A stretch of 64,000 nt of DNA from Trypanosoma brucei (GCA_000002445.1 CP000068.1:480001-544000); one strand, 5' to 3'. Positions 34,681-46,298 are shown, counted from the stretch's first letter. The notes: generated by a model from the sequence alone, not told the origin. Made by a program: numbers and translations.

Positions 34681-36672
34681 ATGCGCCCCAACTCGATGCT
34701 CCCAAACATTCCAAGAGACGTTTCCCCTCACGTTGTAGCGAACAATAAAACTTCTCCACGGAACACTCCTCACCACCCGGCACTTGCGGGGGTTGGGGGT
34801 CTTCCCTCCACACTTGTGGTTACTAGCGGAGAGGAGTTAACGGAGGAATCAAAAACATACACGCCCATCATCACTGCTTTGCGGGAGCGAGTTGCCAATT
34901 TGGAAGAGGCGCTACTTACTGCCTCCCGTTGTCTGGAGTTGGCAAAGTCTGTTGATGAGAATAACGACAGCTCCACACGTAACGCCGGGGTGCATCAGCA
35001 ATACTTTTGCGTTGATGAGGAACCATCACAGAATGGCGGCAACGAACTGATTAGCACCCGTGATGTAAACCTTACGGCAACATGGCCGCAAAAACTGCCC
35101 TCATGGTCACACGGAGAGAAGTTTCAGAAGTATAGGAAGGATATAACCAGCTGGTTTGGTTGCAATGAAAAACTAGTGGTTGACAGTTCCCCTGCGACTG
35201 AGATGGACGGGTCTGAGGAAGTAGTGGTGGTGCCGTGTGGTGGAAACGGGGGCGCCAGTACCAGTTGGAAGGTGCCAACGTCCTCCAACCTCCATGTTGA
35301 GCCGGTTATTGTGATAGATGTCACTGGCTTTGTGATGGCAAAAAGGGAGGCGGAGGCCAGCGCCTCGGCTGGTCGTACCGGTAACGAGGAACTGAAGGAT
35401 GATCTTACCGTGATTATTCGTGAGTTGAACGAAGAAAACGAGAGACTTCGGGAGGAGACTGCCGAGGTGGTTGTTAAACTAAGCGAGGAGAACAAGAAGC
35501 TGAAGGAAGAGACTTCCGAGGTGGTTGTTAAACTGAGCGAGGAAAACGAGAGACTTCGTGAGGAGACTGCCGAGGTGATCTACAAACTGAGCGAGGAGAA
35601 CAAGAAGCTGAAGGAAGAATCGAGTGAATTGGCTCGGCGTGTGGAAGAACGGGTAAAGCAGCGGCAGGATGAATCTGCTCAGGTGCCGTGGGATCTGACC
35701 GATGAGGAGGGCACAATACTCGGCAGACCCCCTGCGATGTGGCCGCCTTTGAGCGCCGCTATCCAGGAGGACCAATGTCGAGAAGCACAATTGGCGACGC
35801 TGCAAAACAACTTGAAAAATGCCGAGAGTAAACTTTCAGTCCTTCAGCAAGAGCGTGATGCAGCCCTTTCCGCAAGTAGTGATGCTGAGAAGTCGCTTGC
35901 ATCGTTACGAAAGGATAATGCGGCGTTGAGGGCAGAGGGCGTGCGGTTGCGAAGCGAAATGGAAAAAGCAAAAGATTTGATCTCCCAGTTAGAAACGGGG
36001 CTTAGTTCATGGTCAAGTAAGGAACGTGAGCTGCAGCGTCTTCGCATTTTGATGCGGTTCTCGGAGCTTAAGAAAGACAGCGACAGACTACCTGATGTCC
36101 TCGGGCAGGTACAGCAGCTCGAGGAGGAGCGTGGCCGCTGGTTGGAGGAGAAGAGGCGTTTCCGTGACATGATTGAAAGATACCAGCGCCGCCTGGAGGA
36201 ACTCGAGTGCGAGTGTAACGTTCTCAAAGAAGGCAAGGCAGTATACGTTGAGGCGGAGAAAAATGCGGGGAGCTCCCCGGTTGGGCCCTCGCCTGGCGTG
36301 TCGAGTTCGTGCGACTCGATGTCAGGTGGGCGTGCCCCTGCCGAGCGCACATCGGACTCAGGTCAACCACCCAGCGAAGGCAGTAGTAGCAGTGTTAGCA
36401 CTGTTCAGATATTAGAGGTGAAGCCGCAACATCGGCCACAGCGTCCCGCAACTGCCATGGTAGGAGAAAAACGACTGTCTGGAAGTGCGGCACTGAACTT
36501 GAGGAGACTTCAAAGCGTTACTGAAAGGCCGCGCTCCAGCAGACCTGTACTTTCCATCAACAAGATATACACAGCCGCCGCAAATGCCAGCACCAACAGA
36601 AGCCCAAGGCTCAGGAAGCTGCTCAATGACGTGACATCTTCAAGAAAGAAGAGGCGGTCCACAACCTACTGA
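34681..36672 (+). CDS. coiled-coil protein with four 21-aa (63-bp) tandem repeats
   Basis: 663-aa ORF with ATG start. It has alternating repeats: EENERLREETAEVVVKLSE and EENKKLKEETSEVVVKLSE. The downstream segments are heptad-rich (LQNNLKNAESKLSVLQQERDAALSASSDAEKSLASLRKDNAALRAEGVRLRSEMEKAKDLISQLE). Confidence 0.7.
   Translation: MRPNSMLPNIPRDVSPHVVANNKTSPRNTPHHPALAGVGGLPSTLVVTSGEELTEESKTYTPIITALRERVANLEEALLTASRCLELAKSVDENNDSSTRNAGVHQQYFCVDEEPSQNGGNELISTRDVNLTATWPQKLPSWSHGEKFQKYRKDITSWFGCNEKLVVDSSPATEMDGSEEVVVVPCGGNGGASTSWKVPTSSNLHVEPVIVIDVTGFVMAKREAEASASAGRTGNEELKDDLTVIIRELNEENERLREETAEVVVKLSEENKKLKEETSEVVVKLSEENERLREETAEVIYKLSEENKKLKEESSELARRVEERVKQRQDESAQVPWDLTDEEGTILGRPPAMWPPLSAAIQEDQCREAQLATLQNNLKNAESKLSVLQQERDAALSASSDAEKSLASLRKDNAALRAEGVRLRSEMEKAKDLISQLETGLSSWSSKERELQRLRILMRFSELKKDSDRLPDVLGQVQQLEEERGRWLEEKRRFRDMIERYQRRLEELECECNVLKEGKAVYVEAEKNAGSSPVGPSPGVSSSCDSMSGGRAPAERTSDSGQPPSEGSSSSVSTVQILEVKPQHRPQRPATAMVGEKRLSGSAALNLRRLQSVTERPRSSRPVLSINKIYTAAANASTNRSPRLRKLLNDVTSSRKKRRSTTY
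35400..35640 (+). repeat. in-frame 63-bp tandem repeat (about 4 copies) inside the coiled-coil gene
   Basis: The DNA-level repeat gaggagaacaagaagctgaaggaagagacttccgaggtggttgttaaactgagcgag alternates with gaggaaaacgagagacttcgtgaggagactgccgaggtg... Confidence 0.8.
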
Positions 36673-37769
36673 TTTCGTCACGGATGTAGTTTGTATATAC
36701 CTTCAATGCGAGGGTTGTCGTTGGTTTCGTTTTTTTTGTTTTTAATCCTTCCTTTCACTTTTTCACGCTGCCATGGTCAGCTTACCTCACCCCGACAGGT
36801 GGAAGGGCATGTCAATGTATCAGTGTGCTGCCCGTGCCTTCGGCTATATGTACGAATACACATATTTATTTGTTTGATCATACGCATTGTTTTTTCTTTT
36901 GTTTTCCGACCGGTGAGGTTCAGTGGGAAAACGAAAAAGCAATATATATATATATTAAAAAACGGGTCCCTAGAAGCAAAATTCAGAGTGGAACGCTTTG
37001 CAGTAGACCAAAAGGAAGAAATACGCGCTTGCGTACTTTCCCAGTCTTGTAGATGAGTTCTCAACATCACTTTTTTCTTTGAAAATCTTCTATTTGTTTC
37101 AAGTAAAAATTTTCATTTCCACCCTGAGCCCCGTTGGTTGTGCTACGGTACCTTACTCTTCTCTTCCTCTTAGTATATTACTACTTCCACGCATTTCTTC
37201 CCGATGATCCTTTTTTTTTTTTTTAAAAAGGAATACACCTACCGTTATTTCTTACCCCCTTTCAGTGAATGTTATCAAAACTAAGCTAAGGCATTAATAC
37301 CGTTAATACCGCAAAACGCTATACAAGAAAGGCCTCCACTAGCGAAAAGCAGATATCGTAAGTTTAAAAGGAAAAAGGTGTTGCGAAGTGTATAGCAAAT
37401 ATATTGTTGTGGGAGGCACTAGCCGGTTTGACATGGTGAGGAAGTCAGTAGAAGAAAAAGACAAAGAACAGCCACATGTTCAAACTTGCGGTAACTTCAG
37501 TCGAACACAATCGACCTAGGAAACTACACCTTCCCCCTTTTTTGTTTTAGTCTACAAAACCATTTATATTCGTGCACTTGGCCGTCACCAGGCCCTGGGC
37601 CACACATCCTCTGACTCGTATCTTTTCCTCTTTCACTTATGTGTGTATGTGTTTCATTGGTCGTAATTTTACCCCTCTTCTATAGCTCAAGAAGTGTTGT
37701 AGTGCACATTAAAGCCGACCGCATCTGTTGGTGTGCTGCATTTGTGTTCGTGCCCTTCCTTTGACGGCA

Positions 37770-39821
37770 ATGAGCGGCAGTGCAACTACGGCTCTGGCCC
37801 CTCATGAGTATCGTGAGCAGTCAGAGGCCGGTGCCAATCTGTCAGATTGTGTATTTCAATCAACAGCGTCTGTAGAGGTTGAGAGCGCATCTGGTGCAAT
37901 TGTTACTCACAGGTTAGTGGATGAGGAGTCGGGCATGCGGGCAGATGCCAACTCTCGCTGCGCTAATGGGACTGAAATGCCTGAAGTAGCCCATGTTAGC
38001 GATGAGTCTCGTGTAGATGCTGCAGAGGGCGTTGCGCCTCAAGTCTCCATGAAATTGGATCAGAGAGCGGATCAAAACTGCACAGATGCGGCGGAACGTT
38101 CTGGTGGTGCTGTTTTAACTCAACCTAGTGGCGGTGGTTGCGGAACAGGCAAGAATGCCAATGATCCAGCCATGGTTTCATGTGTAGCGGCGAAAGACAT
38201 GCTTGAAGTGAAAATGGGTAAGAAGACAATGGGACGGGCAGATCCCGTACATAGTGCGGGGCTTAGTGCCATTATGCGTCCTCGTTTGATGACTGTGGCC
38301 CGTAGAGGGCAGGCAGTTGCATCTTCCCTTTCGACTGAGTCTCTGGCAGTGCGTGCTGCTTCGTCGACCAAAGATGGTCATGGTGAGCGAGTTGCAACTC
38401 ACGTGAATGCCACAACCTCCGATGTTGTAGGCGCTGCATCAGATATCCAGTCTAATAGTGTGCCAAGTGCAGAACCACGGTTGAGTGGCCGGCATAATGA
38501 TGATGAATCAAAGCAATCTAGTACAGGTATGCATGTCGCTAATCACAATAACCACGATCATCGTAGGCAGGATGCATTTGCACCCCAAGTACGTTCTTCA
38601 GGTGTTGTTACTACTGTTTCTACTGCTATTACCAATGCCGTCCCAGTGCCTGCGAATGTTACTTTCACAACGTGGGCTTCCAGCGGTAGGAACCCTCGTC
38701 CAATAGTTGCTCTTAGTGTTCATCTGTCTGAGCTGTATCGGCGCATAGATGAGTTATGTTGTCAACAAAGAAGGATGGCAGAACCAGAGCCAAAATACAA
38801 TGATGGCTTCGATGACAAGGAGGGACATTACTTGGTTCTTTATGGTGAGGAGATACTCAATCGGTACACTGTGCGTGAGTTACTGGGGAAGGGTAGTTTT
38901 GGAACTGTCGTTCGATGTTTTGATGCGAAACGACAGAAGAATGTTGCACTCAAGATAACTCGTCGTGGACTTAGTTTTCGAGCGCAGGCGGAATTGGAGT
39001 TTGACATCCTCTCGGGCCTGAACGGAAATCCCCGTCTCAATAACCTCGTTGTGAAGTTATTCAAGGCGTTTAATTGGCGGGGACACCTTGTCCTTGTATT
39101 TGAACTGCTCACCTACAACTTGTATCAACTCATCAAGCACACGGGTTACCGTGGAGTTGGACCTCGTGTGGTGCGGAAGTTTGCCTTTCAGTTGGTCCAA
39201 GCTCTACGTGAGCTGGAGGAGGCGAAGCCCAGTCCAATCATTCACTGCGACATCAAGCCCGAGAATATACTGCTGAAGTATCCCAATCGCAGCAGCATCC
39301 GCCTCATTGATTTTGGCTCCGCAACTTATACCAACAATGTTATCCATCGTTACATTCAAAGTCGTTATTATCGCAGTCCTGAGGTTATTTTATACTTGGA
39401 ATATGGAACTGCGATTGACCGATGGTCATTAGGCTGTGTGCTTGTTGAGTTATATACGGGGTTACCGCTATTTGATGGGAAAACAGAGGCAGCACAGCTT
39501 GCACGTTTTGAAGCTCTGCTTGGCCCCGTGCCAGTTGATATGTTGGAGTCATCACCGAAACTAAATGGATTTTATGAAAAAGTGGGTCGGAACTACAAAT
39601 TAAAGGAGCCTCTTCCGCCGCATCGGTCCCTGAAAGCCGTTCTCGGTCTTATGGATGGTGCCACTCCTCAAGAAGCTCGCAGGATTCCATTGGAAGATGA
39701 GGTGGAGGACGCCCTTCAGTTATATGACTTTGTTAGCCGCCTTTTGCGCTACAGAGCCTCTGAGCGCATGAGTTGTGAGGAGGCATTACGTCACCCCTTT
39801 TTAGAACCGATGAAGCGATGA
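37770..39821 (+). CDS. DYRK-family dual-specificity protein kinase
   Basis: The track ORF starts at TTG (37728). The first ATG at 37770 gives MSGSATT... The C-terminal kinase domain has LGKGSFGTVV, VALKI, HCDIKPENILL, DFGSA and the DYRK activation-loop signature YIQSRYYRSPEVIL. The N-terminal roughly 380 aa are a low-complexity S/A-rich extension. Confidence 0.8.
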   Translation: MSGSATTALAPHEYREQSEAGANLSDCVFQSTASVEVESASGAIVTHRLVDEESGMRADANSRCANGTEMPEVAHVSDESRVDAAEGVAPQVSMKLDQRADQNCTDAAERSGGAVLTQPSGGGCGTGKNANDPAMVSCVAAKDMLEVKMGKKTMGRADPVHSAGLSAIMRPRLMTVARRGQAVASSLSTESLAVRAASSTKDGHGERVATHVNATTSDVVGAASDIQSNSVPSAEPRLSGRHNDDESKQSSTGMHVANHNNHDHRRQDAFAPQVRSSGVVTTVSTAITNAVPVPANVTFTTWASSGRNPRPIVALSVHLSELYRRIDELCCQQRRMAEPEPKYNDGFDDKEGHYLVLYGEEILNRYTVRELLGKGSFGTVVRCFDAKRQKNVALKITRRGLSFRAQAELEFDILSGLNGNPRLNNLVVKLFKAFNWRGHLVLVFELLTYNLYQLIKHTGYRGVGPRVVRKFAFQLVQALRELEEAKPSPIIHCDIKPENILLKYPNRSSIRLIDFGSATYTNNVIHRYIQSRYYRSPEVILYLEYGTAIDRWSLGCVLVELYTGLPLFDGKTEAAQLARFEALLGPVPVDMLESSPKLNGFYEKVGRNYKLKEPLPPHRSLKAVLGLMDGATPQEARRIPLEDEVEDALQLYDFVSRLLRYRASERMSCEEALRHPFLEPMKR

Positions 39822-40228
39822 AATTAGCTGGCAATTACTCCAAGCGCCTATCCCATGTCAGATGTTGATATGAGAAGAAAACAAAGGTGATGAAGTAAGA
39901 AATGGATGCGATCGGTAAGGGAAGTGAGAGAAAGCGAAAGAGAAAGAGAAAAAAGAAAAGAAGGAGAGGGTGAAAGCGTCACTTCGTTTATGATTGCCCA
40001 GGGCTGAGAGTAACAACAGCAGCAACAAAGTAATAAACACCGATGCTAACGAACGGGTGAAGGGAGTTGTTTGGGAATCTGATGAGTAAAGAGAGGATGA
40101 GGAACGCCGGCGGTGAAATAAAAAAAATGTCTGGCAGCTGCAGGGTGACTTGAAGTGAAAAAAAGAAAAAAAGAAAAGCAAAATAGTACCCATCCAATAT
40201 GCGTTCCCTGGGAGTCTGAGTGAGGGGT

Positions 40229-40302
40229 GAGGAGAGGAGAGGAGAGGAGAGGAGAGGAGAGGAGAGGAGAGGAGAGGAGAGGAGAGGAGAGGAGAGGAGA
40301 GA
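40229..40302. repeat. (GGAGA)~15 pentanucleotide microsatellite
   Basis: gaggagaggagaggagagg... read directly. The complement is a perfect polypyrimidine (TCTCC)n. Confidence 0.9.
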
Positions 40303-42403
40303 GGAACTCCATAATTGTTGGTTTTCTTTTGTTTTCTTTTTTTTTTTTAAAGGAAAACCCCCTCTTATATTGCCGTTGCGTATCACTGGCTGATAAAGAT
40401 TTTGTGTCGTCAGGTTGGTTCAATGCTGTTTTTTTTTCCCCCTTTCCTGCCCGCATCTTCGATCCTGTCGGCGGTCACTTTCACTTTTGCTCTCACTGTC
40501 GCTTTCGTTTTTTTCTTTTCTTTTAAGGGTTCGTCACATTAACCACTGAAAAGGAGCAATCCCTGTATGAAGAATGGCTGCCTTCCTACTGTTATCATAA
40601 TTGTTATTGTTTGGAATCATGGGAAGAAAACATATGCGGGAGAAAAGGGATGGTAATACGGTAGTACACATCAGGGGCAAATAACTAAACAGCTGAGTTT
40701 GCGAAGTTTCTTTTTTTCTTTTTCTCTTTTTTTTTCCCCCCTCTCTCTCTCTCTCTTTCTAATTTATCCGTGAGTGGGGGTGATTATTGGCTTTCTTATA
40801 TCAGCGATGGCTCATTGCGTGTTGATTAGTATTTAAAAAAAAAAAAAAAGCAAAAACAAGAAGAAAAAAAAGCTCGAGATCACCAACGGTAAACAAGCAA
40901 TAAAACAAAACAGAAAAAATAAAAGTAAAAAAAAAATATATATATGATATTCAAACTCGGAAAGCGGAGGTCATGGACCACCCAAGCAACCGCAACAAAA
41001 GTAAAATAATGGAAAAAGAAGAAAAAAAGAAAGAAAAGATAGAAGGCGAAGCCAACAGGGGAAGTGACAGAATGAAACGTCTGACGAAACAAAAAAGATG
41101 AACTGAGGAAATAAAATGGAGACACAGAAGGGGAAATATATAAAAAGTGAAAGTGAGAAAAAAAGAAAGAAAAGAAGCCCTTCACGATGGCGGTGGAATG
41201 GATTGCAGTGAGTGGAACCTAAATAAATATAAATATATATATATGTTTGTTTGTGGGTGTTTGTGGGTGTTTGGAAATAGCCAAACGATATCGAGCAGAT
41301 GCTGAAAGGAAGTTGTCATGCAAATAAAGTGAAGGCAAATAACAAAGGAGAGGGAGCGAGGGAGGGAGAAAAAGAGAAAAAAAAAAGAAAAAAGAAAAAA
41401 AGAAAATAGAAAGAGACATTCAAAGACGTAAAGCAGAAAACACAAAACAGAAAACAACAACAACAACAATACCATTAATAAGTGGGAGAAATGCGTAAGT
41501 AATGAAATGCGCCGTGGTCCTGCGTGCGAGGTCGTGGTTTCAGTGGTTGACCATTTTGTTTATGTTTTTACCCCCTTCCCTTTTTCTTTTTTTTTTTAAA
41601 AAATATCTGTCGTGGATGGGTTTCAGTTCGGCTAGTGCGTTTATATTTAGATATTTATGTTTTTTATGTATGCTTCATACATGTAAACATATATATATAT
41701 ATTATTTTTTTTTTTTGAAAGAAAATATATGTGCGTGCGCGGTGCCGACTGATAAGAAAAAAAAAAGAAAAAGAAAATTTATTAACATTACGAGCGTAAA
41801 TTTCGACATTTTTGCGCCGTATTTGAGTGCTTTAAAGTTATCCATAGATTTCCATGCTTCCGGCGTGTGTGTGTGAGAGAGAGTGTGTGTGTTTTGTGTT
41901 TTGTGTTTTGTGTGCGTTATTTGGAGTATGCGGCCGCTACGCAGGAAGGTAGCTGGAACTTCTTTTTGTTTTTTATTTTTAAAAAGTTAAAAGTTAAAAA
42001 GAATCGGGGAGTGTTTAACCAAAAGCAAAGGGAAGGAGAGGAGAGGAGAGGGGAGGGGGCAAAAAAAAAGTTCGTTACGGCAGAAGAAAGAGAGGGAGGA
42101 AAGAGGAGGAAACTAAACATGAATGTCAGGTTTTGCTTCTTTTCATTTTTTAAATTTAAATTTCGCTGCCACAGTTGCGTGCCGTTTCGCTCATTATTTT
42201 CCTCTCGTTTTCCCATATATATTGATATATACATTTCTTATTATCACTATTGTTATCATTTTAGTGGTTTAAACCCCTTCTTTTATTCTTATTGTTATTA
42301 TTACTTTCCTTTCCCCCATTCTTTTTCTCTACTGTTTGTCCTTGAGGGATTATATTAGTAACCCTCATACTTCGCCTTTTTCACTTTTATATGTTATATA
42401 TAA

Positions 42404-42404
<1 letters not shown>

Positions 42405-42443
<39 letters not shown>
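42405..42443. repeat. compound microsatellite (TA)~10(TG)~11
   Basis: Read directly. It is one of more than 10 simple repeats in the 39.9-44.2 kb spacer. Confidence 0.85.
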
Positions 42444-43385
42444 AAGGTTACATAAATTTTAAATAATATATTATCAAATTTATTGTCCAAAATTTGTTTC
42501 TTTTCTCCCTTTAGTTTTCTTCCTACAAAATTTTGAGTTGCCCCTCCGAGTGGTCAGCACCGATACGTGGCCGCCTTTTTTTTTTTTGAATATAAATAAA
42601 TAAATAAATAAATATATATATATATCTTATCTTTTTATTGTTTGGTCTTATTTGTATATGCTTCCATTCCATTCCATTCCCTTCACTCACCTGTCCTTTA
42701 CCATCTAATTCAATCCAATCCGTTTCTTTTTTTTTATATAAAATTATCATATCATCCTGCAGGCGTATATATATATATATATATATTTATAATTATTGCT
42801 ATTGTGATCGATGTTATAAACGGCGAAAGGTGAGGGGGAAAAAACAACAACAACAACAACAACAAAAGAAAAAAAAGAAAAAGAAAGTGAAAAATTCCCA
42901 TTATTGCCCAGGGTTGCAAGGTTCATGTGAGGGAGAGGAAAATTAATGTGTGTGCGCTTGTATATATATATATATATTTATTTATTTATTTATTCATTTA
43001 TATAATGCATTTATATGTTTTTTCCCGTTATATTCAAATATATGTGTGAACGTGTTGTGTCTGCGGAAACAAACAAATAAACAAAAAAAAAGGGTGAGGG
43101 AAGGAAAAAAAAATGTCTGTGAAACACTCCCCCTTTTTCTTCTAATGTGTGCATTTGCATTGTCCGCTTAGATGCGTTGCCTGCAACTAGCACCTTGGCA
43201 GCATTTCATTCATTCATTCGTTTTGTTATTATTATCATCATTATTACTATTATTTAACTTAGCGGTTTTGGATTTACTTTACTTTTCTTTTTTCCTTCCC
43301 TTTTGTGTATGTTTATTTTACCTTTCTTTCATCGCACTGACTTGTGCCAAAGCCTTTTTACCGTGTCCGGTTGTTATTATCATCA

Positions 43386-43393
43386 TCATCATC

Positions 43394-43444
<51 letters not shown>
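43386..43444. repeat. (TTA)~19 trinucleotide microsatellite
   Basis: attattattatt... run read directly. Confidence 0.9.
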
Positions 43445-44141
43445 GCGCTTCCCGAGTTCTTTCGTGTGTACTTTTCCCACTTTAAGTAGTGACGTATCGC
43501 CTTCATTTTGCTGCAATATTCCCCTTTTTCCTTTTCTTTTCATTTGTGTGTTGCGTCGTCTAATTTTTTTTTAATGTTTTTTTTTTCGCCGCTGTGCCCA
43601 CCACAACAATTTGTTTTGTTTTATATTATTTGTTTGCCAGTGAGATAAGACTTAGTGCTGAAGGGAAGTAAAACATTAACGAAACAGAACAAAAGCTAAA
43701 GCAAACTAAAGTGTAGCTATTTAAATTAAAGCCAGAATAAAGTGAAAACAAAAACAAAAAAAAGAAAAGGCATCTCTCACGAAGCCAGTAGGGCATAGGG
43801 AATAACAGAAGTATTAAAAAAATTAAAAAATAAGATCAAAAGAACCATTCAAAAAGGTGTGGTAGAGAAGCGCAGTGAGGTTATATAAATATCACATAAG
43901 TTAAGCAAAAAAGAAAAGAAAAAAGGAAAAAAAAAAGAAGACCATAAAGAGAGGGAGCAAAAAAATAATAATAATAATAATAACAGGGGAAGACAAAAAG
44001 GAACTTTTTTTTTTTTAAAAAGAAAAGAATTATCAATAAAGGAAAACATTCAGATACAAGAGGGGTTTCGGTTTCACGGGTTGGGTGTAGCTAACGAAAA
44101 AAAAAACGAAAGACACGAAAAGGCAAAGCAGAAAAGGAAGA

Positions 44142-44220
44142 TTTTTTTTTTTTCGTTCCAGGGAGGGGGGCGAGAATATAGGAAGTTTACGCCACTATTT
44201 TTTTTTCTCCTTCTTTGAAG
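44142..44220 (+). promoter_or_regulatory. polypyrimidine tracts with downstream AG dinucleotides, candidate SL acceptor region for the PP2C gene
   Basis: T14-CG-TTCC-AG at 44142-44160, and ttttttttctccttctttgaAG at 44197-44220. The ATG is at 44286. Confidence 0.4.
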
Positions 44221-44285
44221 CTACACCGAGATTGATTATCAAGTGTGAGGCTTCAAAATTACGCTAGTTGAACGTTATTTTTGAG

Positions 44286-45563
44286 ATGCCACCCAAAAAT
44301 AGGAATCGGGCCGCGACTGCTGACAGCGCCGCTATCGCCTCTTCTGGCGCCAAACTAATTAACAACCCCAAAAGTAACAGTAGCGGTGTAAAGGGAAAAA
44401 ATAACAACAAAAGTGCCCCCGTTGCAGCGAAGGCAAGAAGGCAAAGCGAAGCGGACGATTTTGAGCGAGTACTGGCAGATCTGAACCGAGCCACAGCCGC
44501 CGTGGGAAAGGAGCGGGAAAAGCAGGTAAAGCGCGAGAAACCACGTAAGGAGCGACATGAGGATGTCCGCGCCTTGGCGCAGAAACCGGAAGGAATAGAT
44601 GAGGAATTCAGCATGATGTTACGCAAGAAACAACAACAGAAGCAGTTTCAGCAACTAATCCAGCAGCTGCTGGCAGCGCGGAGTCCATTTCTCGACGCGC
44701 CAGAGAAGGAGGTGCGTTGTGAAGTGGCGACGGAGAACCCGAATTTTGATGTGGCTGTGGGTGAAATGCAAGGCTGGCGGGTGAGTATGGAAGATAAGCA
44801 TGCCATTGATGTTACTTTTCCCTCTGGAGCAAAGGACAGCAAGGAGGGGTTCTTTTGTGTCTTTGATGGTCACTCGGGTGACGGGTGTGCCAAGAAATGC
44901 AGTGAACTCATCCCAAAAGTTTCACGTGCCCACATGGTGGAGCATACGGACGGTTTTATGGAGATTGACTTTGAGGCAGCGTACATGGAAGTGGACACAC
45001 TTTTAGAAAAGGAGCTGACGGATCAGTCTGGTTGCACAGCAGTGACGGTACACATCACACCAACACGCATTACATGCGCCTCCGTGGGTGACTCCCGTGC
45101 TGTACTGTGCCGTAATGGAATAGCCGTTGCGCTCAGCGAAGATCACAAACCGGACAGGGAAGCGGAGCGAGCCCGTATTGAAGAGGCTGGCGGCCACGTT
45201 GCGGAAAACCGCGTGAATGGTCAGCTGGCTATGAGTCGGGCAATGGGTGATTTCACATACAAGACACAGAAGGAACGTGGCCCACGGCAGCAGTTGGTAA
45301 TTGCCGTGCCTGATGTGGTAATGGTCAATCGTGAGGCCGATGATGGGTTTGTGGTACTTGCCTGCGATGGCATCTTTGATGTAATGAGCAACGATGAGCT
45401 CATCAAGGCAGTGCTTATCAGGAAGGCTGAGAATAAACCAAATAGTGTCATCTGCGAAGAAATTTGCCACGAGTGCCTGGCGCCACCTGCGGAGGAGGGC
45501 AAGTACGCACCGCGGCCGGAGGGTACGGACAATATGACAATAATGATTGTGGATCTTAAGTAG
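44286..45563 (+). CDS. protein phosphatase 2C (PPM family)
   Basis: The track ORF starts at TTG (44268). The first ATG at 44286 gives MPPKNRN... PP2C motifs are GWRVSMEDKH, FCVFDGHSGDGCAKK, SVGDSRAVLCRNG, NGQLAMSRAMGDFTYK and LACDGIFDVMSNDE. The N-terminal roughly 150 aa are K/E-rich and disordered. Confidence 0.85.
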   Translation: MPPKNRNRAATADSAAIASSGAKLINNPKSNSSGVKGKNNNKSAPVAAKARRQSEADDFERVLADLNRATAAVGKEREKQVKREKPRKERHEDVRALAQKPEGIDEEFSMMLRKKQQQKQFQQLIQQLLAARSPFLDAPEKEVRCEVATENPNFDVAVGEMQGWRVSMEDKHAIDVTFPSGAKDSKEGFFCVFDGHSGDGCAKKCSELIPKVSRAHMVEHTDGFMEIDFEAAYMEVDTLLEKELTDQSGCTAVTVHITPTRITCASVGDSRAVLCRNGIAVALSEDHKPDREAERARIEEAGGHVAENRVNGQLAMSRAMGDFTYKTQKERGPRQQLVIAVPDVVMVNREADDGFVVLACDGIFDVMSNDELIKAVLIRKAENKPNSVICEEICHECLAPPAEEGKYAPRPEGTDNMTIMIVDLK

Positions 45564-46265
45564 AATAAGAAGAATAATTTAATGTGGTGTGTGTGTGTGT
45601 GTGTGTGTGGCGGTGGAGGGAGAGAAAAGGGGGAGGAAAGATGGAGGGAGACATCTTTGTGATTGAGAGGTGAGGGGTGATGGGATTCATTAGTTAGTTG
45701 GATGAGGCAAGACAAACACAGCAAGGTAACGAAATGGGTTTGGAACGAAGTGTATACATGTGTGTTGTTAACCGTGGGAAAGGGATGTAGAAGACGAATA
45801 GTGAAGAGGACTGGAGGTTCCCGTTACTTCTTTAGTGCTGTTGGCGATGGCGCACACAACACGCGCGCATTGGCGCCAAAGCTATGAGTGAATTGAAGAG
45901 AGAAGGTTTTACTTGGAGTGTCCGTTTTTGGGGGGAGGGAAACGGGAGCTTGCAGGGATGTATGCACCAGACGGTGGTGTGAATGGTGAGAAAATAGGAT
46001 AGTTCAAGGAATGGGGGAAAGGGAATTTCAAATGCATGGATTGTGATTATGATTATTGTGTTTTTTTTTCGTGTGTTCCTGCTTTTTCGGTATGGTTTGA
46101 TGTTCTCGGTTCTTCAGTTTCTTTTTTTTGAAGCAGGTCGCAGACTGTTGTGGGGAGCTTTGGAACGTATGCTTCTTCCGCATTCTCCCCATCGGTTTCC
46201 CCATATTTTTCATTTTAGGTGCTTGGGTGCTCTGCGTTGCCTGGAGTGTGATGATGATGATGATG

Positions 46266-46267
<2 letters not shown>

Positions 46268-46296
<29 letters not shown>
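46268..46296. repeat. (TG)~14 microsatellite
   Basis: Read directly. A (GAT)n/(GT)n cluster lies nearby at 46250-46300. Confidence 0.85.

Positions 46297-46298
<2 letters not shown>

Noticed and set aside
39858-43574. Many 60-160-aa ORFs in the kinase-PP2C spacer (poly-N, poly-L, poly-I, SPLLS repeats)
   Set aside because: These are direct translations of microsatellites ((TTA)n gives poly-I/L/Y/N, (GGAGA)n gives ERRGE or SPLLS repeats). They are frame-independent repeats, not genes.
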